DNA of 20,744 nt. Origin: Vicugna vicugna. Lineage: Eukaryota. Both the position numbers and the translations under genes were made by a program. The stretch covers positions 1,975,062 to 1,995,805 of the forward strand of contig MU057809.1 in NCBI GenBank assembly GCA_013265495.1, given 5' to 3'. Below the pieces are notes generated by a model. The model was not told where the DNA came from, made no database searches, and saw only the letters and a list, made by a program, of their open reading frames with translations. This document shows positions 20,316 through 20,744 of this stretch, piece after piece; within the stretch, counting starts at the first letter, position 1; each line of letters begins with the position of its first letter.

Positions 20316-20744
20316 CCCTAAAAGGTCCACAAAAAAGCTACTAGAGCTGATCGAAGAATTCAGCAAGGTAGCAGGTTACAAAATTAATGTTCAAAAATCA
20401 GTTGCCTTTCTTTACACTAACGATGAATCAACAGAAAAAGAAAGTAAAGAAACAATCCCCTTTAAAATAGCACCCAAAGTAATAAAATATCTGGGAATAA
20501 ATCTAACCAAGGAGGCGAAAGAATTATACACAGAAAACTATAAACCATTGATGAAGGAAATTAAAGAAGACTTTAAAAAATGGAAAGATATTCCATGCTC
20601 TTGGATTGGAAGAATCAATATTGTTAAAATGGTCACACTGCCCAAGGCAATCTACAGATTTAATGCAATCCCTATCCAATTACCCAGGACATATTTCACA
20701 GAACTAGAACAAATCATAATAAAATTTATATGGAACCATCAAAG
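20316..20744 (+). mobile_element. Young lineage-specific L1, 5'-truncated within ORF2 (reverse transcriptase C-terminal region); runs off the right edge
   Basis: Stop-free frame from 20317 (142 codons): [35 protein letters not shown]...[11 protein letters not shown]...[30 protein letters not shown]...FIWNHQ, classic L1 ORF2p. Not in the ORF track, presumably because no stop falls inside the window. Confidence 0.97.

Noticed and set aside
1..20744. CRISPR arrays, operons or other prokaryotic/viral systems
   Set aside because: No regularly spaced repeats or dense ORFs. The content is typical mammalian non-coding DNA.

Overview
Mammalian genomic DNA, very likely camelid (alpaca/vicuna/camel): it has two tRNA-Ala-derived vic-1-type SINEs with target-site duplications and lineage-type L1s. 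I found no intact protein-coding gene, functional RNA gene or CRISPR array. Most of the window is interspersed repeat: ancient L1M, L2 and MIR, ERVL/MaLR-type LTRs, Tigger1, MER58A, MER5, an intermediate-age L1 3' end, and a young 5'-truncated L1 whose ORF2 is uninterrupted up to the right edge. The T-rich + strand and mostly antisense L1s suggest an intron of a + strand gene (inference). The main unexplained part is a ~4 kb block without recognisable repeats (~4250-8340). It may be a decayed large exon on the - strand and is flanked by a CpG/CRE-half-site cluster; this is a hypothesis only. Repeat subfamily names come from recalled consensus similarity, not from a search, and most boundaries are approximate.
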